Shown here in pieces: positions 55,504-64,000 of a stretch of 64,000 nt of DNA. The DNA is from Chitinophagaceae bacterium (lineage in GTDB: Bacteria > Bacteroidota > Bacteroidia > Chitinophagales > UBA10324). Each line of letters opens with the position of its first letter. The first letter of the stretch is position 1. A program made the position numbers and the translations under genes. Location of the stretch: assembly GCA_947469485.1 (NCBI GenBank), contig CANIPU010000016.1, positions 395 to 64,394 on the forward strand. The letters run 5' to 3'. The notes below the pieces were generated by a model that worked only from the letters and a program-made list of their open reading frames with translations, did not search any database and had not been told where the DNA came from.

Positions 55504-56964
55504 CGCAAGCAATATAGATTGAAAAAAATAGACAAACTTGTTCTTTCCAGTTTCATAGGTCCGTTTATTGTGACTTTTTTTATAACGCTGTTTGTTTTGG
55601 TCATGCAGTTTTTATGGAAATATGCTGACGACTTAATTGGCAAAGGGTTAGAATGGTACCTTGTTGGTGAATTGCTGTTTTACGCATCAAGCAGTTTTGT
55701 TCCTTTAGCACTTCCTCTTGCAATATTATTATCATCAATAATGACAATTGGAGGAATGGGAGAGCAGTATGAATTAACTGCTTTAAAAGCTTCAGGATTA
55801 TCCTTGATTCGAATTTGTTCGTCTTTATTTACTGTAAGTATTGTTCTATGTTTTGCTTCTTATTTGTTTAGCAATTATGTTCAGCCTGCTTCTTATTTGC
55901 AATTCAGAGCTTTGCTTTATGATGTTAGCGAACAAAAGCCGGCATTAAATATTAAACCAGGTGTTTTTTATAATGGGATAGATGGATATAGTATGCGGGT
56001 TGGTAAAAAATTAGCTGATAACCAAACCATTTTTGATGTAATGATTTATGACCATACTGAAGGAAAGGGAAATACAAATGTATTGGTAGCAAAAAAGGGA
56101 AAAATGGTTTTAACCGACGATAAACGATTCATGATTCTTGAGTTGTTTAACGGGAAACAATATCAGGAAATTAATAACAATCAAAAAAAAGATCTTGCAC
56201 ATGAACAGGCAAGAGTAAGTTTTGATTACTGGAAAAAAATATTTGATCTGTCTGATTTTAAAATGACTAGAACCGATGTGAATCTCTTTAAAGATAATTA
56301 TGAAATGATGAATCAGGGTCAGCTTGCAAAAGCTATTGATACCTTCAATATTGAAAAAGAGAAAAATGAAGCGCAGTTGGTTTCGTTCATAAAACCTTAC
56401 TTATCATTTATAAAACATAATTTGGATAGTGCTTTTAGAAAAGTGAATGTAAATGTAAATGCAATGGTGAGTGATTCATTGGCTTATGATAAAAAAACAC
56501 TTGTTGAAAAATCTTCAATAATTAATATAGCGGTAATTAATATCCGCAATATAAAAGGATACGCTTCTTTTATTTCAGGTTCACAAAATTCTAAGGCCGA
56601 AATGAAACTTCGTTACGAAATTGAATGGTGGAGAAAAATAACACTCGCTTTTGCCTGCTTACTGTTGTTTTTAATTGGTGCTCCTTTAGGTGCAATTATA
56701 AGGAAGGGAGGCTTGGGTTTACCATTTGTAATTGCAGTTGTGTTTTTTGTTTTCTTTTATATGATAACGGTGGCGGGAGAAAAATTTGCAAAAGAAAGCG
56801 TCACCTCAGTATTAACAGGTATGTGGCTTTCCTCATTAATTTTATTACCGATTGGAATCTTTTTGGTGCGTAAATCAACGCATGATAGTAGTTTATTTAA
56901 CCTCGAATCGTGGTATGGAATTTTAAAACGGATTGGAGGTATTTTTAACAGACGAAAAATATAA
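55498..56964 (+). CDS. LptF/LptG family LPS export permease
   Basis: The N-terminus KKIDKLVLSSFIGPFIVTFF is the typical YjgP/YjgQ start. It has 3+3 TM helices around a large periplasmic beta-jellyroll region. An alternative TTG start at 55519 is plausible. Confidence 0.8.
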   Translation: MHRKQYRLKKIDKLVLSSFIGPFIVTFFITLFVLVMQFLWKYADDLIGKGLEWYLVGELLFYASSSFVPLALPLAILLSSIMTIGGMGEQYELTALKASGLSLIRICSSLFTVSIVLCFASYLFSNYVQPASYLQFRALLYDVSEQKPALNIKPGVFYNGIDGYSMRVGKKLADNQTIFDVMIYDHTEGKGNTNVLVAKKGKMVLTDDKRFMILELFNGKQYQEINNNQKKDLAHEQARVSFDYWKKIFDLSDFKMTRTDVNLFKDNYEMMNQGQLAKAIDTFNIEKEKNEAQLVSFIKPYLSFIKHNLDSAFRKVNVNVNAMVSDSLAYDKKTLVEKSSIINIAVINIRNIKGYASFISGSQNSKAEMKLRYEIEWWRKITLAFACLLLFLIGAPLGAIIRKGGLGLPFVIAVVFFVFFYMITVAGEKFAKESVTSVLTGMWLSSLILLPIGIFLVRKSTHDSSLFNLESWYGILKRIGGIFNRRKI

Positions 56965-57626
56965 TGGTTAATAAAGTTATCAGTCAAATTCGTTTGTTTA
57001 TTAACCTTTGGTTCGTTTGGCTTATAACGGGAATTATTTTATGGATAATTTTTCCAAAAGGAGTTCTTGAGTTGTACTGGAATGAACAGCATAATTTAGT
57101 GTTTGATAAATTTTTTTCAATAATTACTTATTTGGGAAGTGGATTTGTTTTTGGTCTTTTTGTTTTTGTTTTAATTTTTATAAATAGAAGAATTTTTTTT
57201 ATTGCATTAAGTACATCACTTGTTTGTTTGTTGACTTCAATAATAATGAAGCAGTTTTTTTTTAAAGGCGAAATGCGACCAATTTCTTTTTTTGGTGATT
57301 CAGTAAATATTCATTTGCCTGATGGTGCTGAAAAGTTATTGTTCGGCAGTTTTCCATCGGGGCACACTCTTTCAGCATTTGCTATGTTTTTACTGATGGC
57401 TTTTTTTATAAAAAACAATTTTTTGCAAGTGATATTATTTATTACAGCAGCTTTGGTTGGCATATCAAGAATTTATTTAATGGCCCATTTTAAAGAAGAT
57501 GTTTGGACAGGTTCTTTATTAGGTGTTGCAATTAGTATAGGAGTGACTTTTTTCTTTCAGAATTATTTTAATAATATAAATAGTTATCCATTAATATCAC
57601 TAAACAGAAATGGTAAAAAGATTTGA
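56964..57626 (+). CDS. PAP2 family membrane phosphatase
   Basis: PAP2 motifs KGEMRP, FPSGHT and SRIYLMAHFKED. A TAATG start/stop overlap links it with the Lpt permease gene. Confidence 0.8.
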   Translation: MVNKVISQIRLFINLWFVWLITGIILWIIFPKGVLELYWNEQHNLVFDKFFSIITYLGSGFVFGLFVFVLIFINRRIFFIALSTSLVCLLTSIIMKQFFFKGEMRPISFFGDSVNIHLPDGAEKLLFGSFPSGHTLSAFAMFLLMAFFIKNNFLQVILFITAALVGISRIYLMAHFKEDVWTGSLLGVAISIGVTFFFQNYFNNINSYPLISLNRNGKKI

Positions 57627-59235
57627 CCCTTCTTACTATATAATAACTGTTGTAGCAGTTCTGCTATACATACCATTTTTAGGTCAGGTGCATTTGTTTG
57701 ATTGGGATGAAATAAATTTTGCTGAATGTGCCCGTGAAATGATTCGTTCTCGCGATTTCTTGCAAGTTCAAATTAATTTTTTACCGTTTTGGGAAAAGCC
57801 ACCACTCTTTATCTGGATGCAGGTTTTCAGTATGAAAATATTTGGGGTTAATGAGTTCGCAGCTCGATTTCCAAATGCGGTTGTAGGAATCATTACGATG
57901 AATGTTCTTTATTCAATCGGGAAAAAGGAATTTACAGAGAGATTTGCATGGTGGTGGGTATGGTGTTATGCAGGTAGTATTTTGCCGCAATTTTATTTCA
58001 AATCCGGAATTATTGATCCGAGTTTCAATCTGTTTATTTTTCTATCTATCTATTACAATTTCAAATTAGAGCAAAATAAATTAATCAATAGACCAGCCTG
58101 GAAACTTGCAACTTTCACAGCTTTATTTCTTGGACTTGCTGTATTGACTAAAGGACCTGTTGCAATTATTATTTTCTCATTGTGCTGGATTTTTACAAGA
58201 ATTACAAGGCAAGGAAGAAAGAATATATTCAATCCTGAATTGGTTTGGGTTGCGATTCTTACTGTTTTCATTTCTGTTTCCTGGTTTCTTTTAATTTGGC
58301 TTAAAGATGGTAGTGAGCAGATTCAACTCTTTATTCAATATCAGTGGCGATTGCTCACAACCGGAGATTCAGGACACGGACAACCTTTTTGGTACCATTG
58401 GGTTATTTTATTATTTGGTTGTTTTCCTGCTTCTGTTCTATTGTTCATGAGAAAAAAGGATCATGGCGGAGAATTGGAAGCTCAAAGAGAATTGAAAAAC
58501 TACATGTGGGTTTTATTTTTTGTGGTTCTTATTCTTTTCTCTTTAGTAAAAACAAAAATTGTTCATTACTCATCGCTTTGCTATTTCCCTCTAACATTTA
58601 TTGCTGCTCGAACGCTTTATCATATGGCTTTGGAATGGAGAGGAAAAAAACTGATGAGTACAATTTGCATTGTAATAGGTTTATTAATTTCATTTGCGTT
58701 AATACTTATTCCATTTTTAGGAACTCATAAACACTTAATATTCGATTATGTAAAAGATAGTTTTGGTAAATCTGCCTTGGATAGAAATGTTAACTGGGAA
58801 TGGTATACTTATTTGCCTGGAATTATTTTTTCTAGCTCTTTGATTTTAACATTTCTCTTTATTAAAAGAATTCAAAATCGCTTTATCACTTTATTTGCAA
58901 GCTCAGTAGTAGTTGTTCAATTAGCTCAGATAATAATTGTTCCGAGAATTGAATTGTATACGCAAGGTGCCGCTATAAATTTTTATGAATCACTTAAAGA
59001 CAAAAATGTTTTGGTTGATGCTTACGGATTTAAAAGTTATGCTCATTTATTTTATTCAGATAAAACAAAAGATCAAGCAAGACTTCCACTTGACAGCTTG
59101 CTTTATGGAAAAATTACTGTGCCGGCTTATATTGTAAACAGAGTAGATGTAAAATATGATATTACCCAATATAAAGAAGTTAAAGAAATAGGTCGAAAGA
59201 ATGGTTTTATATTCTATAGACGAATGCCCAAATAA
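57610..59235 (+). CDS. GT-C fold glycosyltransferase (ArnT/PMT_2-like)
   Basis: 541 aa with more than 10 TM helices. The first periplasmic loop carries FDWDEINFAECAREM (acidic DE motif). It overlaps the PAP2 gene by 17 nt. Confidence 0.8.
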   Translation: MVKRFDPSYYIITVVAVLLYIPFLGQVHLFDWDEINFAECAREMIRSRDFLQVQINFLPFWEKPPLFIWMQVFSMKIFGVNEFAARFPNAVVGIITMNVLYSIGKKEFTERFAWWWVWCYAGSILPQFYFKSGIIDPSFNLFIFLSIYYNFKLEQNKLINRPAWKLATFTALFLGLAVLTKGPVAIIIFSLCWIFTRITRQGRKNIFNPELVWVAILTVFISVSWFLLIWLKDGSEQIQLFIQYQWRLLTTGDSGHGQPFWYHWVILLFGCFPASVLLFMRKKDHGGELEAQRELKNYMWVLFFVVLILFSLVKTKIVHYSSLCYFPLTFIAARTLYHMALEWRGKKLMSTICIVIGLLISFALILIPFLGTHKHLIFDYVKDSFGKSALDRNVNWEWYTYLPGIIFSSSLILTFLFIKRIQNRFITLFASSVVVVQLAQIIIVPRIELYTQGAAINFYESLKDKNVLVDAYGFKSYAHLFYSDKTKDQARLPLDSLLYGKITVPAYIVNRVDVKYDITQYKEVKEIGRKNGFIFYRRMPK

Positions 59236-59236
59236 G

Positions 59237-59980
59237 TTAATTGGAATAAATTTTATTCTTTAAAATACCTTTCTTGTGTAAAAAGTGTTGTAGCGAAACA
59301 CGCAAAACGCCTCGGCCATATTTCATGCTACGAGTGAAATTGATTGAACTTGCCTCTTCAAAGTATTTTGTTGGACAAGTGACTTCTGCAATTTCAAACC
59401 CAGCCATAAAAATCTGCGATAACATTTCATTATCAAATACAAAGTCATCGTTGTTAACATTGTAATTAATTCTGGTTAAAACCTCTTTTGAAAAAGAACG
59501 ATAACCTGTGTGATATTCCGACAGTTTCTGTCCGATTAATAAGTTTTGGGAAAATGTGAGAAAACGATTGAAGAAATATTTATACAACGGCATACCACCT
59601 TTCAAAGCGCCCTTACCTAAAATGCGAGAACCCAAAACCACTGGATACAAGTCATTAGCAATAATGCTTGCCATTGCCGGAATTAACAAGGGAGTATACT
59701 GGTAATCCGGATGCAGCATGATTACAATGTCAGCCCCTATTTCAAGAGCCTTGTTGTAACAGCTTTTCTGATTACCACCATAACCTTTGTTTTTTTCATG
59801 AACGATTATGTGCTTGATTCCAAGCTTTCGTCCTACTTCAGCTGTATTATCCTTGCTTGCATCATCTACCAATACAACTTCATCAACAATAGCAAAGTCA
59901 ATTTCTCGGTAAGTTTTTTCCAGCGTTTCGGCTGCATTATATGCAGGTAGAACTACTACTACTTTTTTATTCTTTATCAT
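59237..59980 (-). CDS. GT2 family glycosyltransferase (polyprenyl-phosphate sugar synthase-like, ArnC/DPM1-like, no TM tail)
   Basis: GT-A motifs VVLPAYNAAETL, LVDDASKDNT and LHPDYQY. The protein is 247 aa and soluble. Confidence 0.8.
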   Translation of the reverse strand: MIKNKKVVVVLPAYNAAETLEKTYREIDFAIVDEVVLVDDASKDNTAEVGRKLGIKHIIVHEKNKGYGGNQKSCYNKALEIGADIVIMLHPDYQYTPLLIPAMASIIANDLYPVVLGSRILGKGALKGGMPLYKYFFNRFLTFSQNLLIGQKLSEYHTGYRSFSKEVLTRINYNVNNDDFVFDNEMLSQIFMAGFEIAEVTCPTKYFEEASSINFTRSMKYGRGVLRVSLQHFLHKKGILKNKIYSN

Positions 59981-60075
59981 TATTCAATATCGTATTAAGA
60001 ATCTGCAATATTATAAAACAGTTTTTCTACTATTTAAGAAAGCAGTAAGCCAACGGCTTATTACATTCGCTGCGG

Positions 60076-61278
60076 ATGCGGATTCTTCAGCTTTGTAAAA
60101 AATTTCCTTACCCGCCTAAAGATGGTGAGGTGATAGGAATATGGATGTATTCTAAAGGGTTTTATTATCACCATAATCAGGTGACTATTCTTGCAATGAA
60201 CACACGCAAACATTTCAGTCATCCGGAATTAGTACCAAATGACTGGAAAAATGTTGCTGATATTAAAAGCATGGATGTAAATACAAATGTTCATTTTGGA
60301 AAAATGTTTCTCAATCTTTTTGGCCAAAGTTGCTATAACATCGATCGGTTTTATTCTTCTGAATTTGAAAAACAACTTATACAAATTCTGCAAAAGCAAG
60401 ATTTCGATTTAGTGCAATTGGAAGGCGTATATCTTTCGCAATATGTATCCGTTCTGCGGAAATATTCTAAGGCTAAAATTGTATTGCGCACCCAAAATGT
60501 TGAATTTGAAATTTGGGAGCGAGAAGCAAAGTCAGGCTCATGGTTGAGGAAAAAGTATCTGCAACTTATGGCAAAGCGGATGAAAAAATTTGAGTTGAGT
60601 ATGCTCAATCTGTATGATGGAATTGTTCCGGTTAGTAAGCGTGATGCAGAAACCTTCAGCAATTTAGGTTGCTCAATTCCAATGCAGGTTTGCGAACATG
60701 GAGTTGATACACAAATTAATAAATCAATAAATGAGATAAATACTGAAGAGAAGTCAGTATTTCATATAGGCAGTATGGATTGGAGACCAAATCTATTGGG
60801 GCTTGAATGGTTTATTGATAATTGCTGGCCAATTGTTCTAAAGGAAATACCTGACGCAAAATTGTACCTCGCCGGAAGAAATTTTCCGAATAGCTGGAAG
60901 GAGAAGGTAATTAAAAATGTTATTATGGTTGGAGAGGTTGAAAATGCATCTGCATTTATTCAATCAAAACAAGTTATGATTTGTCCATTGCATGCAGGAA
61001 GCGGAATAAGAGTCAAGTTAATGGAAGGCATGTCTTTCGGAAAAGCAATTGTTTCAACAGCAATAGGAGCAGAAGGATTGCCAGTTGTAAATGGAAAAAA
61101 CATTTTTATTGCTGATGGAAATGAAGAATTTGCAAAATGCATAATTCAACTTTTGTCTGATAATGAATTGAGAAATAGTTTTCAAACTGAATCAAGAAAA
61201 TTAGCTGAACAAAAATTTGATTACCGTGTTTTGGTTGGAGAATTATTAAATTTTTATTCTGAAATAAATAAAGCATGA
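60076..61278 (+). CDS. GT4 (group 1) glycosyltransferase
   Basis: C-terminal GT-B signature (PLHAGSGIRVKLMEGMSFGKAIVSTAIGAEG) and a length of 400 aa. Confidence 0.85.
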   Translation: MRILQLCKKFPYPPKDGEVIGIWMYSKGFYYHHNQVTILAMNTRKHFSHPELVPNDWKNVADIKSMDVNTNVHFGKMFLNLFGQSCYNIDRFYSSEFEKQLIQILQKQDFDLVQLEGVYLSQYVSVLRKYSKAKIVLRTQNVEFEIWEREAKSGSWLRKKYLQLMAKRMKKFELSMLNLYDGIVPVSKRDAETFSNLGCSIPMQVCEHGVDTQINKSINEINTEEKSVFHIGSMDWRPNLLGLEWFIDNCWPIVLKEIPDAKLYLAGRNFPNSWKEKVIKNVIMVGEVENASAFIQSKQVMICPLHAGSGIRVKLMEGMSFGKAIVSTAIGAEGLPVVNGKNIFIADGNEEFAKCIIQLLSDNELRNSFQTESRKLAEQKFDYRVLVGELLNFYSEINKA

Positions 61279-62447
61279 GCAGTTACCAGTTCTTTCAACT
61301 TTTATTCTGGATACCTGTTGGGTTTCTCTTTTATTCTTATTTTTTATATCCAGTAATTCTTGAAGTTGTTTCAGTTTTTAAAGGGAAAAAACAAATTCCT
61401 GCGTCTGTCATTGGTTTGCCATCTGTCAGCATTCTTCTTTCATCTTACAACGAGGAAAAGGTGTTAGTTGAAAAAATCAGAAATATTTTTAACTGCGATT
61501 ATCCAAAGGATAAACTTGAAGTGATCGTCGGGAATGATTGTTCTTCCGATTCTACAAAAGAAATTTTAAATAAGCTTAAAGTTGAATTTCCTGAATTGGT
61601 TTTTCATAATTACAATTTTCGAAGAGGTAAGCCGGCTGTGCTGAATGATTTGGTGAAAGAAGCCAATCATGAAATCATATTATTAACTGATGCTAATATT
61701 TTATTTGATAAAGATGCTATAATAAAGTTGACAGAACACTTTTCTGATTTAGCAATCGGTTTAGTTGGTGGAAATATTTTAAACAAGGCAAGTGGTAAAG
61801 GAATTTCGAATCAGGAGAAAACATATATCTATCGCGAGAACAGGATAAAATTTCTGGAAGGAAAAAATTTCGGGTGCATGATTGGACCATTTGGAGGTTT
61901 CTATGCTTTGCGAAAAAATCTTTATCAGGCAATTCCGGAAAATTTCCTTGTTGATGATTTTTATATCTGTATGAATGTACTGAAGCAAAAGTTCAAGTCC
62001 ATTTCAGAATCAAAAGCAATAGCTTATGAAGAAGTATCAGAAGATTGGCGTCAGGAATACAAAAGGAAAGTAAGAATTTCATCGGGCAATTTTCAAAATC
62101 TCATCCGTTTCGAAATTTTTTTGTTACGGTTTAATTCAATTTCATTTTGTTTTTTTTCACATAAAGTGCTTAGGTGGTTAGGGCCATTTTTTATTTTGAC
62201 TGCATTTCTCATAAATATTCCTTTAGCCATTTCAGATAAATCCAGCATATATTATTACCTTTTATTAATGCAGGTTGTGCTTTTTATTTCACCTTTTGTA
62301 CAAAGATTATTGGAAGCAATTCCCTTTGAAAACCCAATTTGGAAATCCATCTCTTATTTTTACACCATGAATTTTGCCTTACTGGTAGGTTGGTTCAGAT
62401 TCATTAAAGGAATAAAATCAGGAGTATGGACTCCTACAAAAAGATAA
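61275..62447 (+). CDS. membrane-anchored GT2 family glycosyltransferase
   Basis: N-terminal TM helix, GT-A motifs ([29 protein letters not shown]) and C-terminal TM helices. It overlaps the GT4 gene by 4 nt. Confidence 0.8.
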   Translation: MSSYQFFQLLFWIPVGFLFYSYFLYPVILEVVSVFKGKKQIPASVIGLPSVSILLSSYNEEKVLVEKIRNIFNCDYPKDKLEVIVGNDCSSDSTKEILNKLKVEFPELVFHNYNFRRGKPAVLNDLVKEANHEIILLTDANILFDKDAIIKLTEHFSDLAIGLVGGNILNKASGKGISNQEKTYIYRENRIKFLEGKNFGCMIGPFGGFYALRKNLYQAIPENFLVDDFYICMNVLKQKFKSISESKAIAYEEVSEDWRQEYKRKVRISSGNFQNLIRFEIFLLRFNSISFCFFSHKVLRWLGPFFILTAFLINIPLAISDKSSIYYYLLLMQVVLFISPFVQRLLEAIPFENPIWKSISYFYTMNFALLVGWFRFIKGIKSGVWTPTKR

Positions 62448-62451
62448 CAGC

Positions 62452-63651
62452 ATGTTTAACAGTATTGAAGAAGCTCTTGAAGATATCCGAAACGGGAAAT
62501 TAGTTATTGTCGTAGATGATGAAGACCGCGAAAATGAAGGTGACTTTATTACTGCTGCAAGAAATGCTACTCCTGAAATAATAAATTTCATGTCGAAATA
62601 CGGCCGTGGATTAATATGTTCGCCGCTTACTGAGGCTCGTTGTGAAGAATTGAATTTGAAAATGATGGTAAGCGATAATACTGCTCTACATCAAACGCCA
62701 TTTACAGTTTCAGTTGATTTATTGGGTTATGGTTGTACAACAGGAATTAGCGCCGGTGACAGAAGCAAAACTGTGCAGGCACTCATTAATCCGAAAACTA
62801 AACCTGAGGAACTCGGAAGACCAGGTCATATTTTCCCACTCAAAGCACGCAAAGGAGGCGTGTTGCGCAGAGCAGGTCATACTGAAGCATGCATTGACCT
62901 TGCAAGGCTTTCGGGGTTTGAAGAGGCGGCAGTACTTGTTGAAATAATGAATGATGATGGTACTATGGCTCGCCTGCCTCAGTTAATTGCTGTTGCTAAA
63001 GAGCATGATCTGAAACTGATTACCATCAAAGATTTAATTGAGTACCGGTTGAAGCACGATAGTATGATTCGCCGTGAGGTGGAGGTTAATATGCCAACTG
63101 AATGGGGAAATTTTAAATTACATGCTTATTCACAAACTGATTCCTCTCAGGTTCACCTTGCATTAGTAAAAGGAGAGTGGAAAGAGAACGAACAGGTTTT
63201 AGTGCGGGTTCATTCCTGTTGCCTGACCGGTGATGTTTTTGGATCAAGTCGTTGCGATTGTGGCGGACAGTTGCATGATGCCATGCAAATGGTTGAAGAG
63301 GAAGGAAGGGGAGTAGTTCTTTACATGAATCAGGAAGGCCGTGGAATTGGTTTGCTGAATAAACTGAAAGCCTACAAATTACAGGAAGAGGGAATGGATA
63401 CAGTTGAAGCAAATCTTGAATTAGGTTTTGATATGGATGCACGCGATTACGGCATTGGTGCGCAGATATTGCGTGACCTTGGCGTTCAAAAAATAAAACT
63501 CATGACCAATAATCCGAAGAAGCGAGCCGGACTGAAAGGTTATGGATTAGAGATTGTAGAAAATGTACCTATCCGAATGCATGTGAACCCACACAACGAG
63601 CGCTACTTAAAAACCAAGCGCGATAAAATGGGGCACGATTTCGCGATTTAA
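62452..63651 (+). CDS. ribBA: bifunctional 3,4-dihydroxy-2-butanone-4-phosphate synthase / GTP cyclohydrolase II
   Basis: The DHBP synthase part has [12 protein letters not shown] and GRGLICSP. The GCH II part has [23 protein letters not shown] and NQEGRGIGL. Confidence 0.93.
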   Translation: MFNSIEEALEDIRNGKLVIVVDDEDRENEGDFITAARNATPEIINFMSKYGRGLICSPLTEARCEELNLKMMVSDNTALHQTPFTVSVDLLGYGCTTGISAGDRSKTVQALINPKTKPEELGRPGHIFPLKARKGGVLRRAGHTEACIDLARLSGFEEAAVLVEIMNDDGTMARLPQLIAVAKEHDLKLITIKDLIEYRLKHDSMIRREVEVNMPTEWGNFKLHAYSQTDSSQVHLALVKGEWKENEQVLVRVHSCCLTGDVFGSSRCDCGGQLHDAMQMVEEEGRGVVLYMNQEGRGIGLLNKLKAYKLQEEGMDTVEANLELGFDMDARDYGIGAQILRDLGVQKIKLMTNNPKKRAGLKGYGLEIVENVPIRMHVNPHNERYLKTKRDKMGHDFAI

Positions 63652-63683
63652 AATATATAAGGTATTAAAAAGACCTTTGTAAT

Positions 63684-64000
63684 TCAATTAGAAATCACCA
63701 TCTGAATAGTCTGCCTTGTTTTCTGCTCCAGTAGTATTTTACGGTTAGCAGTTTGTTGCTGAATCACTTCATCATTATAATGGCGAATAGTGAGCAATTG
63801 CAATCCGTCGTTGGTTAATATTTTATATTTAGCAGAAATTTCTTCGAGAAATGGATTTATGCGTTGTGGAATATGATCTGCACAAAATGAAAAACTGATG
63901 GCAGCATTCTGCATCATGTTAAAATGTACCCGGTGTTTAACCATTAAACTGAAAATGTATTCAAGATTAACTTCATCCATAAATGAAAAATCTTTTGGAG
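63684..64000 (-). CDS. aspartate kinase, C-terminal ACT region (partial, runs off window)
   Basis: The ORF is open to the window edge (...PKDFSFMDEVNLE...). LLTIRHYNDEVI and the overall pattern resemble the ACT tail of Bacteroidota aspartokinases. The assignment is tentative. Confidence 0.45.
   Translation of the reverse strand, partial: PKDFSFMDEVNLEYIFSLMVKHRVHFNMMQNAAISFSFCADHIPQRINPFLEEISAKYKILTNDGLQLLTIRHYNDEVIQQQTANRKILLEQKTRQTIQMVISN

Noticed and set aside
62448-62451. FMN riboswitch upstream of ribBA
   Set aside because: Only 4 nt separate ribBA from the preceding glycosyltransferase gene, so there is no room for a riboswitch aptamer.
1-64000. CRISPR arrays, rRNA or tRNA genes, IS elements, integrases, prophage genes, and toxin-antitoxin or known defence systems
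   Set aside because: I saw no regularly spaced direct repeats, no transposase, integrase or reverse-transcriptase-like ORFs, and no structural RNA signatures while reading the window. Absence is judged by eye only.

Overview
This is an AT-rich, densely packed chromosomal segment of about 60 protein-coding genes, almost certainly from a member of the Bacteroidota. Supporting markers are T9SS type-A and type-B C-terminal sorting domains, SprB-type repeats, two TonB-dependent receptors with carboxypeptidase-regulatory-like N-termini, a LytS/LytTR two-component pair and TAnnTTTG-like promoter boxes. I saw no rRNA, tRNA, CRISPR array, transposase or integrase.

Most of the window is housekeeping: ABC-F ATPase, sppA, folK, deoxynucleoside kinase, accA, dapA, sucC, holA, AMP-nucleosidase-like, algH-like, beta-oxidation enzymes, ZIP transporter, osmC, lipA, pntAA-pntAB-pntB, ribBA and a partial aspartokinase at the right edge.

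There are four accessory blocks:
- 5.8-14.1 kb: a TonB-dependent receptor followed by four uncharacterised, mostly secreted proteins.
- 17.3-20.2 kb: a LiaF-like / DUF4288-like / LytS-type kinase / LytTR regulator module.
- 43.1-50.4 kb: a signalling island and my best candidate for an undescribed system. It holds a cyclic-nucleotide-binding PP2C phosphatase divergent from a SiaB-like mini-kinase and a SiaC-like (DUF1987) phosphoprotein, with no diguanylate cyclase. Next come a 1013-aa ABC exporter with a long N-terminal regulatory extension, a lipoprotein, an HD-domain protein and a truncated class III adenylate/guanylate cyclase remnant.
- 55.5-62.4 kb: an envelope glycosylation / possible lipid A remodelling cluster (LptF/G-PAP2-GT-C, GT2, GT4, GT2).

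Two features are missing from the ORF track: a 57-aa zinc-ribbon membrane protein (1058-1231) and the cyclase pseudogene fragment (50199-50408). The leftmost ~1.8 kb is clearly more GC-rich than the rest. All family calls come from motif recognition by eye, not database searches.
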